Positions 9,941 through 19,847 of a DNA stretch of 64,000 nucleotides are shown here, piece by piece; within the stretch, counting starts at the first letter, position 1, and every line of letters begins with the position of its first letter. The position numbers and the translations under genes are program-made. Below the pieces are notes generated by a model, which did not search any database, was not told the DNA's origin, and saw only the letters and a program-made list of their open reading frames with translations. The stretch lies in assembly GCA_013203315.1 (NCBI GenBank), contig JABMQJ010000007.1:11499-75498 (forward strand). Direction: 5' to 3'. The stretch is from Candidatus Omnitrophota bacterium. GTDB lineage: Bacteria > Omnitrophota > Gorgyraeia > JABMRN01 > RBG-13-46-9.

Positions 9941-10420
9941 TTACACTCCTTTTTTGCGCACGTCACCTATGACTTTAGCCGGCACCCCGGCTACGATAGA
10001 GTAATCCGGCACATCCTGCGTCACCACGGCACCCGCGCCTATCATGGCGCTTTTACCTATGGTAACCCCGCACATGATCGTAGCAGAGCTGCCGATTGAA
10101 CAGCCGCTCTTGACACAAATTGCGCTAACCTTCCAATCGGTTTCGGTTTTCAAGCGCCCTCCTACGGCAGATCTCGGATAGCGGTCATTAATGAACATGG
10201 CGCCGTGGCCTACAAATACTTCGTCTTCAATTGTCACGCCTTCACAGATAAATGTATGCGAAGATATCTTACAACGCGCGCCTACTTTGGCATTTTTTTG
10301 AATTTCTACGAAAGAACCTATTTTAGTTTCATCGCCTATGCTGCAACCATAGAGATTTACAAGTTCGGGGTGCGGTATTTTTACGTCTTTCCCCAGTCGT
10401 ACATCTTTTTCTATCGGCAT
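9941..10420 (-). CDS. Hexapeptide-repeat sugar N-acyltransferase (WbpD/WlbB-like)
   Basis: Left-handed beta-helix repeats, FINDRYPR, VAGVPAK. Start moved to ATG 10420, which follows a GGAGGAG RBS. Confidence 0.87.
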   Translation of the reverse strand: MPIEKDVRLGKDVKIPHPELVNLYGCSIGDETKIGSFVEIQKNAKVGARCKISSHTFICEGVTIEDEVFVGHGAMFINDRYPRSAVGGRLKTETDWKVSAICVKSGCSIGSSATIMCGVTIGKSAMIGAGAVVTQDVPDYSIVAGVPAKVIGDVRKKGV

Positions 10421-10443
10421 ATTATGCTCCTCTCCTCCGGCGG

Positions 10444-11748
10444 TCACCACAGTCCTATGCGTTCGGCGAATCCTTTAACAAAACTTTTTGTTATGGCGGA
10501 ATATTTAAATAAAAAATATGTGAAAATAAAATATCCGCTCACATATAGCAGGGAATATATTTTTTGTCCTCCCTTATTTACAAACCCGTAGATACCGTAA
10601 GAACCCAGAAGGATAATATAGCCGTCTATCGGCATCCTGTAACGCGAGAACCCCGGGAATAATAAGGTAAACGACATAAAATATAAAATTACAATAAGTA
10701 TGTTCCAAATTTCTTTATTCTCTTTAAACGCGAAAAAAGTGCCTAAAAAAGCGAAGGGTAACATAAAAATATACTGAAAATTAATAACATTCCCTCCCAA
10801 GATTTCCCAATCAATGATATTCCAGAAAAATAAAAATCTTATGGCAAACATTTTAAGCGCAAATAAGGGTTGTGTTCTATAAATTTTTATCGCCTCGTGC
10901 ATGAAAAAATTATTACGTTCGGCCTCATTCGACATAGTATCATAGTTAATCGACATCGGGCTGCCCGGAGGGAAAGTAAATATCATGCCGTCCGCGGGCT
11001 TGCAGAGCCCTTGGTACATATTGATCCCGCCGTTTGTCGAGACTAATACAAATTTTCCATGGGCCCTGTAGTTTCGGACCGTCCAGGGCACTATTAGGAT
11101 TAAAAAACAGAGGGCGAGCGCTAAAGAAAAGGCCGCGATTTTCGTCCATGGTAACTTGTTTTTACGCATTTTTGGAAGTAAAATAAAAAGTACTATAAAA
11201 GGCAGGAAGACGGCTGCTGATCTTGTGAGAGTAGCAATGCCGCATAATATACCCAACAGACAAAACCATTTCACGCCCGGTTTCTTGGCGATAATAGCCA
11301 GATAGATTATGGAAACCAAAAGAAACGTAAAAAGTGTTTCGGTGTATAGCATTTTTGAGCAAATAATAAACGTCATGTAAAGGGATGAAAAAATACCCGT
11401 GATTATCGCCGTGGGCTTGTTAAAAATTTTCTCTGCCGTTAGATAAAGGATGCATACCGTGATAGAAGATATGATAACTTGGATAACCCGAACGGCAAAA
11501 TAACTGTGGCCGAATATGGCGTAAATAAACGCCAGGAAGCCTGCGTAAAACGGCGGTCTGTACGAAGTTGCGGCACCATCGGAATCCACATAGGCCCTTT
11601 CCTCCAAAAGCCTCATAGCTAGATTATCATGCTCGATTTCGTCCGTTTCTATTCCGGTGGGGCTACCCGCCAAATACAGGACCCGGATCGAAAATGCCGC
11701 AGCAAAGATAAGCAGAACTATTAGTAAACCTTTGTACTTGTTTCCCAT
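10444..11748 (-). CDS. GT-C glycosyltransferase (GT39/PMT_2, ArnT-like)
   Basis: TDEIEH acidic motif, YRPPFY, YTETLF, LTRS, PWTVRNY, STNGGIN, SRYRMP. Start probably Met at 11748. Confidence 0.85.
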   Translation of the reverse strand: MGNKYKGLLIVLLIFAAAFSIRVLYLAGSPTGIETDEIEHDNLAMRLLEERAYVDSDGAATSYRPPFYAGFLAFIYAIFGHSYFAVRVIQVIISSITVCILYLTAEKIFNKPTAIITGIFSSLYMTFIICSKMLYTETLFTFLLVSIIYLAIIAKKPGVKWFCLLGILCGIATLTRSAAVFLPFIVLFILLPKMRKNKLPWTKIAAFSLALALCFLILIVPWTVRNYRAHGKFVLVSTNGGINMYQGLCKPADGMIFTFPPGSPMSINYDTMSNEAERNNFFMHEAIKIYRTQPLFALKMFAIRFLFFWNIIDWEILGGNVINFQYIFMLPFAFLGTFFAFKENKEIWNILIVILYFMSFTLLFPGFSRYRMPIDGYIILLGSYGIYGFVNKGGQKIYSLLYVSGYFIFTYFLFKYSAITKSFVKGFAERIGLW

Positions 11749-11755
11749 AATAATA

Positions 11756-12784
11756 TTACGTTTTGTTGGCCGCAACCCCTGCCAGTATATCCGTCATCCT
11801 TGGCCCGCACACATTGTAAGAATAATATTCTTTCACCCGCTGCCTGCCCTGCTGCCCCATTCTCTCCCGCAACGAACGATCTTCAATCATTCGAGAAAGT
11901 TTATCAAACCACTCTTTGTCGGTTTCTGCTAAATATCCGTTTGTGCCGTCAGTAATTAAACTGGCGTTTATGCCTACGGGGCTTGCAACGCAAGGGATCC
12001 CTCTGGACATGTAAAGTAATAATTTATATCCGGCCTTTTTACAGGACCACTCGTTTTGCTCCAGAGGCATGATGCCTATATCGATCTCATCGAGAAATTT
12101 ATTTTGTTTTTCGATAGACCATTCTGGTATCGTTACACCCAAAGCCTCAAGGCCTTGATTCCTTTCGGCGCCCATGAATTCTATATTCAGATTTTTAAAT
12201 TTGTCTTTTAAATCTTTTAAAACAGGCAAAATAATGGAAAGATATTTGGAGGTTTCCGGGGAACCCACCCATCCTAAAGTAGCAAAGCTTTTCCTTTTCG
12301 GCAAAACTTGATTACTTACATCAACCGGGCTAATCAAGTAATGTACGTTTCGATTGTGCTTGCATGCGAATTGCCCAAATTCTTTATGTGAAACGATAAC
12401 AGAAGCTGCATCTTTTAACATATATCCGATATCCCTATCGAGGTAAATTGCGTCGTCAAAGTCGAACACAATGTTTTTGTTTAAGGCTTTGAGCATCTTC
12501 AGTATTATTTTAGGCAGTATTACTTTTTGCACAAAGATAATATCGTATCTTTTCGATAATATAAAAACAGCCATAAAGATGTATATTTTATAGAAAGTTT
12601 CTAAAATATATTGCCATGCGCTGTCCTTCTTTAAGTTCAGTATCCGCCTGCATTTAGCGTGCGTGGTAAAAGAAAGAACGTTATAAGCTATGCCCTTTTC
12701 TTTCAGAAAAGGCAGATATCCATATACCCTAGCCCTTGTGCTTGCAACAGTTTTATCGCCTATGGTCAAAAAAAGTACTTTCAT
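11756..12784 (-). CDS. Glycosyltransferase family 4
   Basis: 342 aa; STRAR, DFDDAIY, GWVGS, DIGIMPL, KLLLYMSRGIPCVASPVG. Confidence 0.88.
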   Translation of the reverse strand: MKVLFLTIGDKTVASTRARVYGYLPFLKEKGIAYNVLSFTTHAKCRRILNLKKDSAWQYILETFYKIYIFMAVFILSKRYDIIFVQKVILPKIILKMLKALNKNIVFDFDDAIYLDRDIGYMLKDAASVIVSHKEFGQFACKHNRNVHYLISPVDVSNQVLPKRKSFATLGWVGSPETSKYLSIILPVLKDLKDKFKNLNIEFMGAERNQGLEALGVTIPEWSIEKQNKFLDEIDIGIMPLEQNEWSCKKAGYKLLLYMSRGIPCVASPVGINASLITDGTNGYLAETDKEWFDKLSRMIEDRSLRERMGQQGRQRVKEYYSYNVCGPRMTDILAGVAANKT

Positions 12785-12797
12785 TATAAAATTGGGT

Positions 12798-13922
12798 TTA
12801 TTTGAATTCCTTGCATTTACCTTTTCGAATTACATCTACAATTCTTTTGGCAGCCATTCCGTCGCCGAAAGGATTTTTTGCAAATCTTCCACTGCTGCTT
12901 TTTGCTTTCAACGCCTTGTTAACATGCTTATTTATTTTACGCGGGTCCGTCCCTACAAGAATCGAGGTACCTGCCCTAACAGCTTCCGGGCGCTCGGTAC
13001 AGATCCTGGTCACAAATACTTTTTTCTTTAAGAACGGCGCTTCTTCCTGAACCCCTCCGGAATCGGAAATAATAAACTTGGAACGGTCCATTAAATGCAC
13101 AAATTCTTTATATGGCGGGGGCTCAATAAGCTTAACATTTTTTAATCCGCTTAAAGTCCTAAAAACGACTCCTCTTGCGTTCGGGTTAAGGTGAGCTGCC
13201 CAGAGCCAGCGAAAATCGGGATGTTTCTTTGCCAGGGACTTGATAGTAAGGCATATGTTTTTCATTCCGCCGTTAAAGTTTTCCCGTCTGTGGCCTGTAA
13301 TAAGCGCGTAAGGTATCTCTAAAAAGGTTTTGTTAACACCTGTCACGTCAGGCGCATTTCGCCTTACTTTCTTTAAGACCCCTTTTAAAGCATCTATCAC
13401 GGTATTGCCGGTTACAAATATTCTTTTCGGGTCCGTGCCCTCTTTCAGTAAGCTAAGTTTTGCGTACGGTGTAGGGCAAAAATTAAATCTCGCTACAAGT
13501 GAAACAAATTCGCGGTTTACCTCCTCGGGAAAAGGATTTCTGTTATCCCCGGAACGCAAACCCGCCTCAATATGGCCCACATCTATGTTTTCGTAATAAG
13601 CGGCCAGCGCTGCAGCAAAAACCGTAGAGGTGTCCCCTTGTAGAAGAACAAGATCCGGTTGTACTTTGCGGTATATTTTTCCTATTGCCTTCATAACACC
13701 TGAGGTAACATCGTAAAGTGTCTGTTTCGGCTTCATTAGGTTAAGATCTATATCGGGTTTAATGCCGAATTCGGCTAAGGCTTGGTCCAATAGATACCGA
13801 TGTTGGGCCGTAACGCAGACGATGGGCTTTAAGCCCTTAGTTTTTTTTGCAAGCTCGATTACCGGAGCCATTTTTATGGCTTCCGGCCGCGTTCCGAAAA
13901 CAAATAAGATCTTTTTCGGCAT
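12798..13922 (-). CDS. wecB: Non-hydrolysing UDP-N-acetylglucosamine 2-epimerase (WecB/WbpI family)
   Basis: FGTRPEAIKMAP, QGDT, HIEAGLRS, PFPEEVNR, HRREN, SDSGGVQEEAP, TERPE. Confidence 0.92.
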   Translation of the reverse strand: MPKKILFVFGTRPEAIKMAPVIELAKKTKGLKPIVCVTAQHRYLLDQALAEFGIKPDIDLNLMKPKQTLYDVTSGVMKAIGKIYRKVQPDLVLLQGDTSTVFAAALAAYYENIDVGHIEAGLRSGDNRNPFPEEVNREFVSLVARFNFCPTPYAKLSLLKEGTDPKRIFVTGNTVIDALKGVLKKVRRNAPDVTGVNKTFLEIPYALITGHRRENFNGGMKNICLTIKSLAKKHPDFRWLWAAHLNPNARGVVFRTLSGLKNVKLIEPPPYKEFVHLMDRSKFIISDSGGVQEEAPFLKKKVFVTRICTERPEAVRAGTSILVGTDPRKINKHVNKALKAKSSSGRFAKNPFGDGMAAKRIVDVIRKGKCKEFK

Positions 13923-13924
13923 AA

Positions 13925-14488
13925 TCAGATTTTCCTTTTACATGAAGTGCATCGGCTATTCTTACTTTTCAACGGTTGTCCGCAATAGCATGCATATCCT
14001 TTTACCACAGCCGGCACACCGTAAACAAGCGCATGAGGCGGCACATTTTTAGTTACTACCGAGCCCATTCCTATCATGCAATATTTTCCCAGGGTTATGC
14101 CGCACCCTATGACTGCGCCGGCGCCTATGGTTACGCCTTCCTCGACTAGGGTTTCTTCTGTTTCCTCGGTGGGTCCGGACGTGTAGAGCTTGTTCCCCGG
14201 GCCCTTAACTGATCTTGGAAATCTATCATTTGTAAAAATTGTACCTGCCGATATCATGACCTTGTCTTTTATTGTAACTCCGGCACATATGTAAGCGGAC
14301 GAGTTTATCTTAACTAGATTTCCGATCTTGACATCATAGGCGATGTAGGTTTTACCTCCTATTATGGAATTTTTACCTATCTCGGCGTTTTTTCTTATGT
14401 GAACGTTATCCCAAACACTTGTGCCCGCGCCGATCTTGACATCTTTTTCTATGATTGCTGTTTTGTGTATAAAAACGTCCTTACCCAT
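13925..14488 (-). CDS. Hexapeptide-repeat sugar N-acyltransferase (WbpD/WlbB-like) with C-terminal CxC..CxxC
   Basis: FIHKTAII, FTNDRFPR, VYGVPA, YACYCG...CTSC. Confidence 0.87.
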   Translation of the reverse strand: MGKDVFIHKTAIIEKDVKIGAGTSVWDNVHIRKNAEIGKNSIIGGKTYIAYDVKIGNLVKINSSAYICAGVTIKDKVMISAGTIFTNDRFPRSVKGPGNKLYTSGPTEETEETLVEEGVTIGAGAVIGCGITLGKYCMIGMGSVVTKNVPPHALVYGVPAVVKGYACYCGQPLKSKNSRCTSCKRKI

Positions 14489-14489
14489 A

Positions 14490-15476
14490 TCAACCTACCT
14501 TTATCCATTTATTCATTCTGCCAGATTCATAGGCCTTTTCAATAACCTTTACGGATTCAAACCCGTCCACATCTGTTATTATGGGTTTTATACCCGTTGT
14601 TATGCATTCTATGAAGTGCTTACCCTGGTTAGAGAAAGCCCTTTGTTTATCATAACCGCTTCCAAAAACCTGCCAGTTATCTTTTCCGTGCAGTTTATAC
14701 TGTGACGACTTCCACCCTATGAGAAGCGTTCCTTCGGTCCCATAAATGCTTATGTAGCTGGGCATGTCTTTATTTAAACTCCAGCTTAAGTCAATGGTTC
14801 CCATCACTTTGGATTTACTCTGGAAATATATACGCGCGGTATCTTCTACCGGTACCCTCTGTATCTGGCAACCGAATTGCGCCTGCGTAAGGGCTATGGG
14901 GCCCAAGAGGAATCTTGCGATATCAACCGAATGCGCGCCGTTATCGATCAATACGCCGCCACCTGAGATTTTTTTATTCGAGTTCCATCTTTTTGTCATA
15001 TCAACCCTGCTGCAAAAAACATTTTCAAAAAGCACAAGCTTACCGAGAGTCCCTGATTCTATTATGGCTTTCGCCTTAACTACGTCGTCGGTAAACCTGA
15101 ACTTTGATGCCATCATGAGCACTACACGATTTTTCTTAGCTGACTCACGCATCTTTTGCGCCGCGGATCTATTTAAGGCAAACGGTTTTTCACAGAGTAC
15201 GTGGATCCCGTTTGACATCGCAAAAATCGATATTTCCGCATGCACATTAGGCGGAGCGCAAATAACAATGGCGTCGAGCTCTTCTTTTTTTATCATTGTC
15301 TTGTAATTTGTGTAGGCGCTACATTTGTATTGCTCGGCAAAGCTTTTTGCTTTCGTCTCTTCCTTGTCGGCAACGGCTTTTATGTTTACGTTCTTTATTT
15401 TAGCAAAAGCCCTTAAATGGTCCTGGGCTATTCTGCCGCAGCCTACAATAGCTAAATTTATTGTCTTTTTCTTCAT
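14490..15476 (-). CDS. Gfo/Idh/MocA oxidoreductase (second sugar dehydrogenase)
   Basis: VGCGRIA, HVLCEKP, SGGGVLIDNGAHSVD. Confidence 0.87.
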   Translation of the reverse strand: MKKKTINLAIVGCGRIAQDHLRAFAKIKNVNIKAVADKEETKAKSFAEQYKCSAYTNYKTMIKKEELDAIVICAPPNVHAEISIFAMSNGIHVLCEKPFALNRSAAQKMRESAKKNRVVLMMASKFRFTDDVVKAKAIIESGTLGKLVLFENVFCSRVDMTKRWNSNKKISGGGVLIDNGAHSVDIARFLLGPIALTQAQFGCQIQRVPVEDTARIYFQSKSKVMGTIDLSWSLNKDMPSYISIYGTEGTLLIGWKSSQYKLHGKDNWQVFGSGYDKQRAFSNQGKHFIECITTGIKPIITDVDGFESVKVIEKAYESGRMNKWIKVG

Positions 15477-16702
15477 CGCACCCCCTGTTTTTTCTTATTC
15501 AGAAAAGATTCGGTGACTTCTTTTATGTTTTTCGCTATGTAATCTACGTGCTCTGTGGTATAGAACTCATTCCACGGTAAAACCAGGACCTGCTCAAGAG
15601 CCTTCATCGTGCCGGGATATTCGGCAGTATCGTAAACAACTTCTTTTTCACCTTTCCTGCTTGAGCAATCGTATGGACAATGGCTCTTGCCGTAGGTTAC
15701 CTTGTCTTTTAAAACTTTGCACATAAAGGCCGGTTTCTGTATATATCGCGGTACCGAAAAAATGTCTTTTTCCTTAAGTACCTTAGAGATTTCCGTTACA
15801 CCTACGCCGAATAAATCGGTATCAACGATAAGGGCGTATTTCCAGAAAACATGCTCGCTATCTTTCGTAGATTCCGGCAAGGTTATACCGGGCGTACCCC
15901 GAAGACGCTCTGTAAGCAATTTTGCTGTATCCTGTCGTCTTTTCACAACGCCTCTTACTTTCCTAAGCTGCGCCAAGGCTACTGCGCCCTGAAGATCGGT
16001 CATTCTATAGTTTAAAGCGAGGAAATAGTGATCCGGATTCGGGTCTCCGTATCCCCAGGCTTTATCGATGAATAGCCTTATCCTTCGCTCGAGTGCGGCG
16101 TCTTTTGTAATGATTATACCGCCCTCGCCTGTTGTCATGTGCTTACCCTGTTGCAGGCTAAAACAGCCTATGTCGCCTATAGTTCCAACGTTTTTGCCCT
16201 TGTAAGTGGCAAAATAGGCCTGACAGCAATCCTCTATTACAGGAATTTTATGTTCTCGCGCAAGATCCATTATAGGATCCATTTCAGCGGGTTTTCCGAA
16301 CAAATGCACAACTATTATGGCTTTGGTGCGTTTTGTAATCTTCGGTCTTATGGTATCAGCCGTAATGTTGAGTGTTACAGGATCCGTATCCGCAAAAATA
16401 GGTATCGCATTTTGATAAAGTATGGGTGTTATGCCTCCCATGTCCGTTATAGGGGTTGAGATGATTTCATCCCCCGGATCAGGGTTTACAGCAGCAATCG
16501 CTGTGTGGAGCGAAGATGTTCCGGAGGTCGTAGCATGAGCAAACCTTACACCGCATTCTTCGGCAAACTCCTTTACGAGTTTCTTAACCATAGTCCCCTT
16601 TGTCGCGTTTAGCGTACCGGATTCGATCACCTCTTTTAAAAGAGCTATTTCTTCTTTTCCTAAATCCCTTCCGGTTGAATTAGAATCGTTTGGCAGTTTC
16701 AT
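15473..16702 (-). CDS. DegT/DnrJ/EryC1/StrS PLP-dependent sugar aminotransferase
   Basis: TSGTSSLH, VVHLFG, IEDCCQA, CFSLQQGKHMTTGEGG (catalytic Lys), NYRMTDLQ. Start set at ATG 16702, overlapping the upstream stop. Confidence 0.9.
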   Translation of the reverse strand: MKLPNDSNSTGRDLGKEEIALLKEVIESGTLNATKGTMVKKLVKEFAEECGVRFAHATTSGTSSLHTAIAAVNPDPGDEIISTPITDMGGITPILYQNAIPIFADTDPVTLNITADTIRPKITKRTKAIIVVHLFGKPAEMDPIMDLAREHKIPVIEDCCQAYFATYKGKNVGTIGDIGCFSLQQGKHMTTGEGGIIITKDAALERRIRLFIDKAWGYGDPNPDHYFLALNYRMTDLQGAVALAQLRKVRGVVKRRQDTAKLLTERLRGTPGITLPESTKDSEHVFWKYALIVDTDLFGVGVTEISKVLKEKDIFSVPRYIQKPAFMCKVLKDKVTYGKSHCPYDCSSRKGEKEVVYDTAEYPGTMKALEQVLVLPWNEFYTTEHVDYIAKNIKEVTESFLNKKKQGVR

Positions 16703-17412
16703 GCGTTCTCCTTTCTTAACAATGTTCTCATAATAAAACACAAATGTTCCCTTATTAACTTTAAGCTTTTTGCGTGAGAAGATCCGAATTGTCTCACCTT
16801 TAAGGTAGCCGGGTATTCCACTATCTTCAGACCTTTCTTTCGCGCTTTTATCAATATCTCCGCCATTGCGAGAAACCCGTCAGACCTAAAATATGAATTT
16901 TTCAGGGCTTCTCTTTTATATATCCTAAACATGCTAGTATAGGTATAAAACTTGGATTTTACCACAATATTGTATAAATTTGAAAGATTTCTGCTCAAAA
17001 ACAGCCTATAAGCCGGCACGTTAAGCGTCGAGCCCTTTGGGTGATAAGGAGAAGCTGTGACAATATCAGCGTTTTCGTTTTTGATAATGTCTAGCATTTT
17101 AACTAAATAGCTTGGTTCGTAAGTACAATCTGAGTCTATTGTTGCTATATAATCCCCGCGCGAATTCGATGCGCCTGTCTTAATAGCAGCGCCTACGCCC
17201 GTATTTTTAGCGTGCTTTACGACCTTGACATCATTTCCGATTCGATCTCTATAGAGGCTGCGCAAGCGATCGTACGTAGAGTCTGAACTTCCGTCATCAA
17301 CAAAAACAAACTCATGATCCTCGCGCAGATCCTGCTCCAGGTCTTTAAGCTTGGAGGCAAGATGTTCCAGGCCTTCTTCTTCATTAAAACATGGGATAAC
17401 AATAGATATCAT
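16699..17412 (-). CDS. GT2, Dpm1/ArnC-like polyprenyl-phosphate glycosyltransferase
   Basis: 237 aa; IPCFNEE, VDDGSSD, HAKNTGVG, IDSDCTY, TASPY, RQFGSS. Confidence 0.87.
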   Translation of the reverse strand: MISIVIPCFNEEEGLEHLASKLKDLEQDLREDHEFVFVDDGSSDSTYDRLRSLYRDRIGNDVKVVKHAKNTGVGAAIKTGASNSRGDYIATIDSDCTYEPSYLVKMLDIIKNENADIVTASPYHPKGSTLNVPAYRLFLSRNLSNLYNIVVKSKFYTYTSMFRIYKREALKNSYFRSDGFLAMAEILIKARKKGLKIVEYPATLKVRQFGSSHAKSLKLIREHLCFIMRTLLRKENA

Positions 17413-17421
17413 TTTGAATTC

Positions 17422-18816
17422 CTATTTTATCATTGCCTTTAAAAGATTTTTTCCGGCGTCAAAATTAAGTTTTAATCGATGAATGGATTTTAATCTGCGT
17501 GCCTGTTTCAGAAAAATGCCGGGCCTCAAATAAAATTCTCTGTAGGCACGTTTTTGCAAATCCCTGATCTCCTCTGCGGTTAGATCTTTTAATCTGTGCA
17601 CCGGTGAAGTATGTATGCCGTAATTATCAAAATTATGTTCGAAAATGAGGTTGTTGCCAAGCAGTTCATCGTAAACCTCTGTACCGGGAAAAGGCTTCAA
17701 TATATGAAATTTTGCGATATCAGGATTGATTTTCTTCGCAAATTCAATGGTTTTCCTTATATCATCGGCTGTTTCGCCGGGTAAACCCATTATAAAAAAT
17801 GCCCATATTTCTATGCCATATTTGCGCGTTATCTTAAAAACCTCCTCAATCCGTTCAAGCTTAATGCCCTTTTTGATTCTGTCCAGTATTTTCTGGCTAC
17901 CCGATTCAATCCCGAAAGCGATGCTATAGATACCCATCTCCTTTAGAGCGCTAAGAAGCTCCTCGTCGACAGAATCGATCCTCATGCCGTCCGGTACTGC
18001 AAAGTTCAGGCGTAAATTTCTCTTTTTTATTTCATCCTTGATCCGGATGACCCTCGATTTTATAAGCGCGAAATTATCGTCCCAGATATGTATTTCTTTA
18101 GCTCCGAATTCTCTGACCAGGTATTCTATTTCATCAACTATATTCTTAGGCGATCTTGTCCTGAATTTTCGTTTAAAAATACAGCTTCCCGCGCAATAGG
18201 TGCAACGGGCAGGACAGCCTCTGCTTGTAATAATCGGAAATACAGGGGTAGCCAATGTATCGGGATATGTATAGTTGCGGTTGTTGCAAAGGTGCCTTGC
18301 CGGAAAGGGAACTTCGTCGAGATTGTCAATGAGTTCCCTATCTTTATTTTTATGTACCTTCCCGTTCTTTCTATAATAAATGCCGTCTATCGATTCCGGG
18401 CCACGACGGCCTTCCAGATAATCGGCGAGTTCAACTATTGTCCTTTCCCCTTCGCCCTTAACGATAAAGTCGACTGAATCAAACTTCATTGACTCTTCCG
18501 GTAGCGCCGTTACGTGAATGCCGCCTAGGACTGTAAGTGCTTTGGAATATTTTTTAACCAGCTTTGACAGGGAAATGGCTTCGTTAAAAGTAGGCGTAGT
18601 CGTGGTTATCCCTACCAGATCATAATTATGTTCTTCTAATTTTTTTATAAAATCCTTTTCAGAAATCTTATCGGCATCCATATCGATAATGTTAACTGTA
18701 CGGCCCGCCGCCTCCAGGACCGAGCCGATATATCCAAGCCCAAGGGGCGGAAAATCCGGAGCCGAAAGCTTTCCGTATATTTTTGACTGTGAGGGAGCGG
18801 CTAATAAAATTTTCAT
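17422..18816 (-). CDS. Cobalamin-dependent radical SAM protein
   Basis: 464 aa; FPPLGLGYI, VLGGIHVT, KGEGE, SRGCPARCTYC, IWDDNF, FGIESGS, PFPGT. Confidence 0.92.
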   Translation of the reverse strand: MKILLAAPSQSKIYGKLSAPDFPPLGLGYIGSVLEAAGRTVNIIDMDADKISEKDFIKKLEEHNYDLVGITTTTPTFNEAISLSKLVKKYSKALTVLGGIHVTALPEESMKFDSVDFIVKGEGERTIVELADYLEGRRGPESIDGIYYRKNGKVHKNKDRELIDNLDEVPFPARHLCNNRNYTYPDTLATPVFPIITSRGCPARCTYCAGSCIFKRKFRTRSPKNIVDEIEYLVREFGAKEIHIWDDNFALIKSRVIRIKDEIKKRNLRLNFAVPDGMRIDSVDEELLSALKEMGIYSIAFGIESGSQKILDRIKKGIKLERIEEVFKITRKYGIEIWAFFIMGLPGETADDIRKTIEFAKKINPDIAKFHILKPFPGTEVYDELLGNNLIFEHNFDNYGIHTSPVHRLKDLTAEEIRDLQKRAYREFYLRPGIFLKQARRLKSIHRLKLNFDAGKNLLKAMIK

Positions 18817-19847
18817 CGTAACAATGTCCTTGCCATTACGCCGGGGTTAAAAAGAGAATTTATCAGGTAAACGCAGGAGTGGGTACAAAAGCAACTCTTG
18901 ATCTTTTGCCTGATCTGGTCAGCTTTTTTTGATGTCCACAATTTATTAAAATCGTATCCAAAATCCCTGAGATTGCCTATTTTTTCATTTATCAATTCAC
19001 ATGCATAGACATCGCCGTACGGGTTTATCACAGCACTTAAACGGCCTGCAAAACAATCTATCTTCTTTTTGTTTCTTTCCAAAGTTTCCAAAATCAAATC
19101 ATGTTCATAAAGCTTGGTTTTTTGCAGTATTTTTCCTTTCCATCCGCCGCCATAGCCGTAGGAGCTTATGCACCCCTTTATTACCGGAAACAGTTCCCTG
19201 CACCGGGCTATATCGGGTAAAGAAACAGATAGAGAGCGTGGCTGTCCCCTTAAAAACTCGAAGCTGTGCATATCCGCACGAAATGAACGCTTAACATAAT
19301 CTATAATCTTTGTGATTTCGGATTCATTTTCTTTCATTATTACTGTATTAAAACTGATCTTAAAATTTGGGTGCTTCTCCCTTAGCCTGCTAACTCTTTG
19401 GTATGTTTCGGTTACTTTGTCAAAATTGCCGCCAACGCCCCGTATCGCATCATGCGTATCCCGGAGACCATCCAGAGAGAGTGATAGTAATAGGCTTGAC
19501 CTATTATTTTTCAATATTTCTTTAAGGGCCTTCTCAATCCCCTCGGGATCAAGGCAGTTAGTAGGAATTGCTGTGGTATTTACTTTTCCGAACGCATCAC
19601 AGATCCCGGGTAAATCTTTCCTTAAAAAAGGTTCTCCCCCGCCGATTTGTAGCCAGATAATATCATCGAGGTGCTTTCGAATTTTCCTTATTTCATCGAC
19701 TGTCAATTCATTTTCTACGGCGCTTTCGTCAATTTCCTTCCATAAAAAACAGCTCCTACATTTAGAATTACACCTATAAGTACAATGAAACATGATATGA
19801 ATCGGAAGCCCATTTTTATTCCACATTTTCGCTAAATAATTTATCAT
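18813..19847 (-). CDS. Radical SAM protein with SPASM/twitch C-terminal domain
   Basis: 344 aa; CNSKCRSC, GGGEPFL, SLDG, C-terminal CFAG...PYGDVYAC and CFCTHSC. Confidence 0.88.
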   Translation of the reverse strand: MINYLAKMWNKNGLPIHIMFHCTYRCNSKCRSCFLWKEIDESAVENELTVDEIRKIRKHLDDIIWLQIGGGEPFLRKDLPGICDAFGKVNTTAIPTNCLDPEGIEKALKEILKNNRSSLLLSLSLDGLRDTHDAIRGVGGNFDKVTETYQRVSRLREKHPNFKISFNTVIMKENESEITKIIDYVKRSFRADMHSFEFLRGQPRSLSVSLPDIARCRELFPVIKGCISSYGYGGGWKGKILQKTKLYEHDLILETLERNKKKIDCFAGRLSAVINPYGDVYACELINEKIGNLRDFGYDFNKLWTSKKADQIRQKIKSCFCTHSCVYLINSLFNPGVMARTLLR

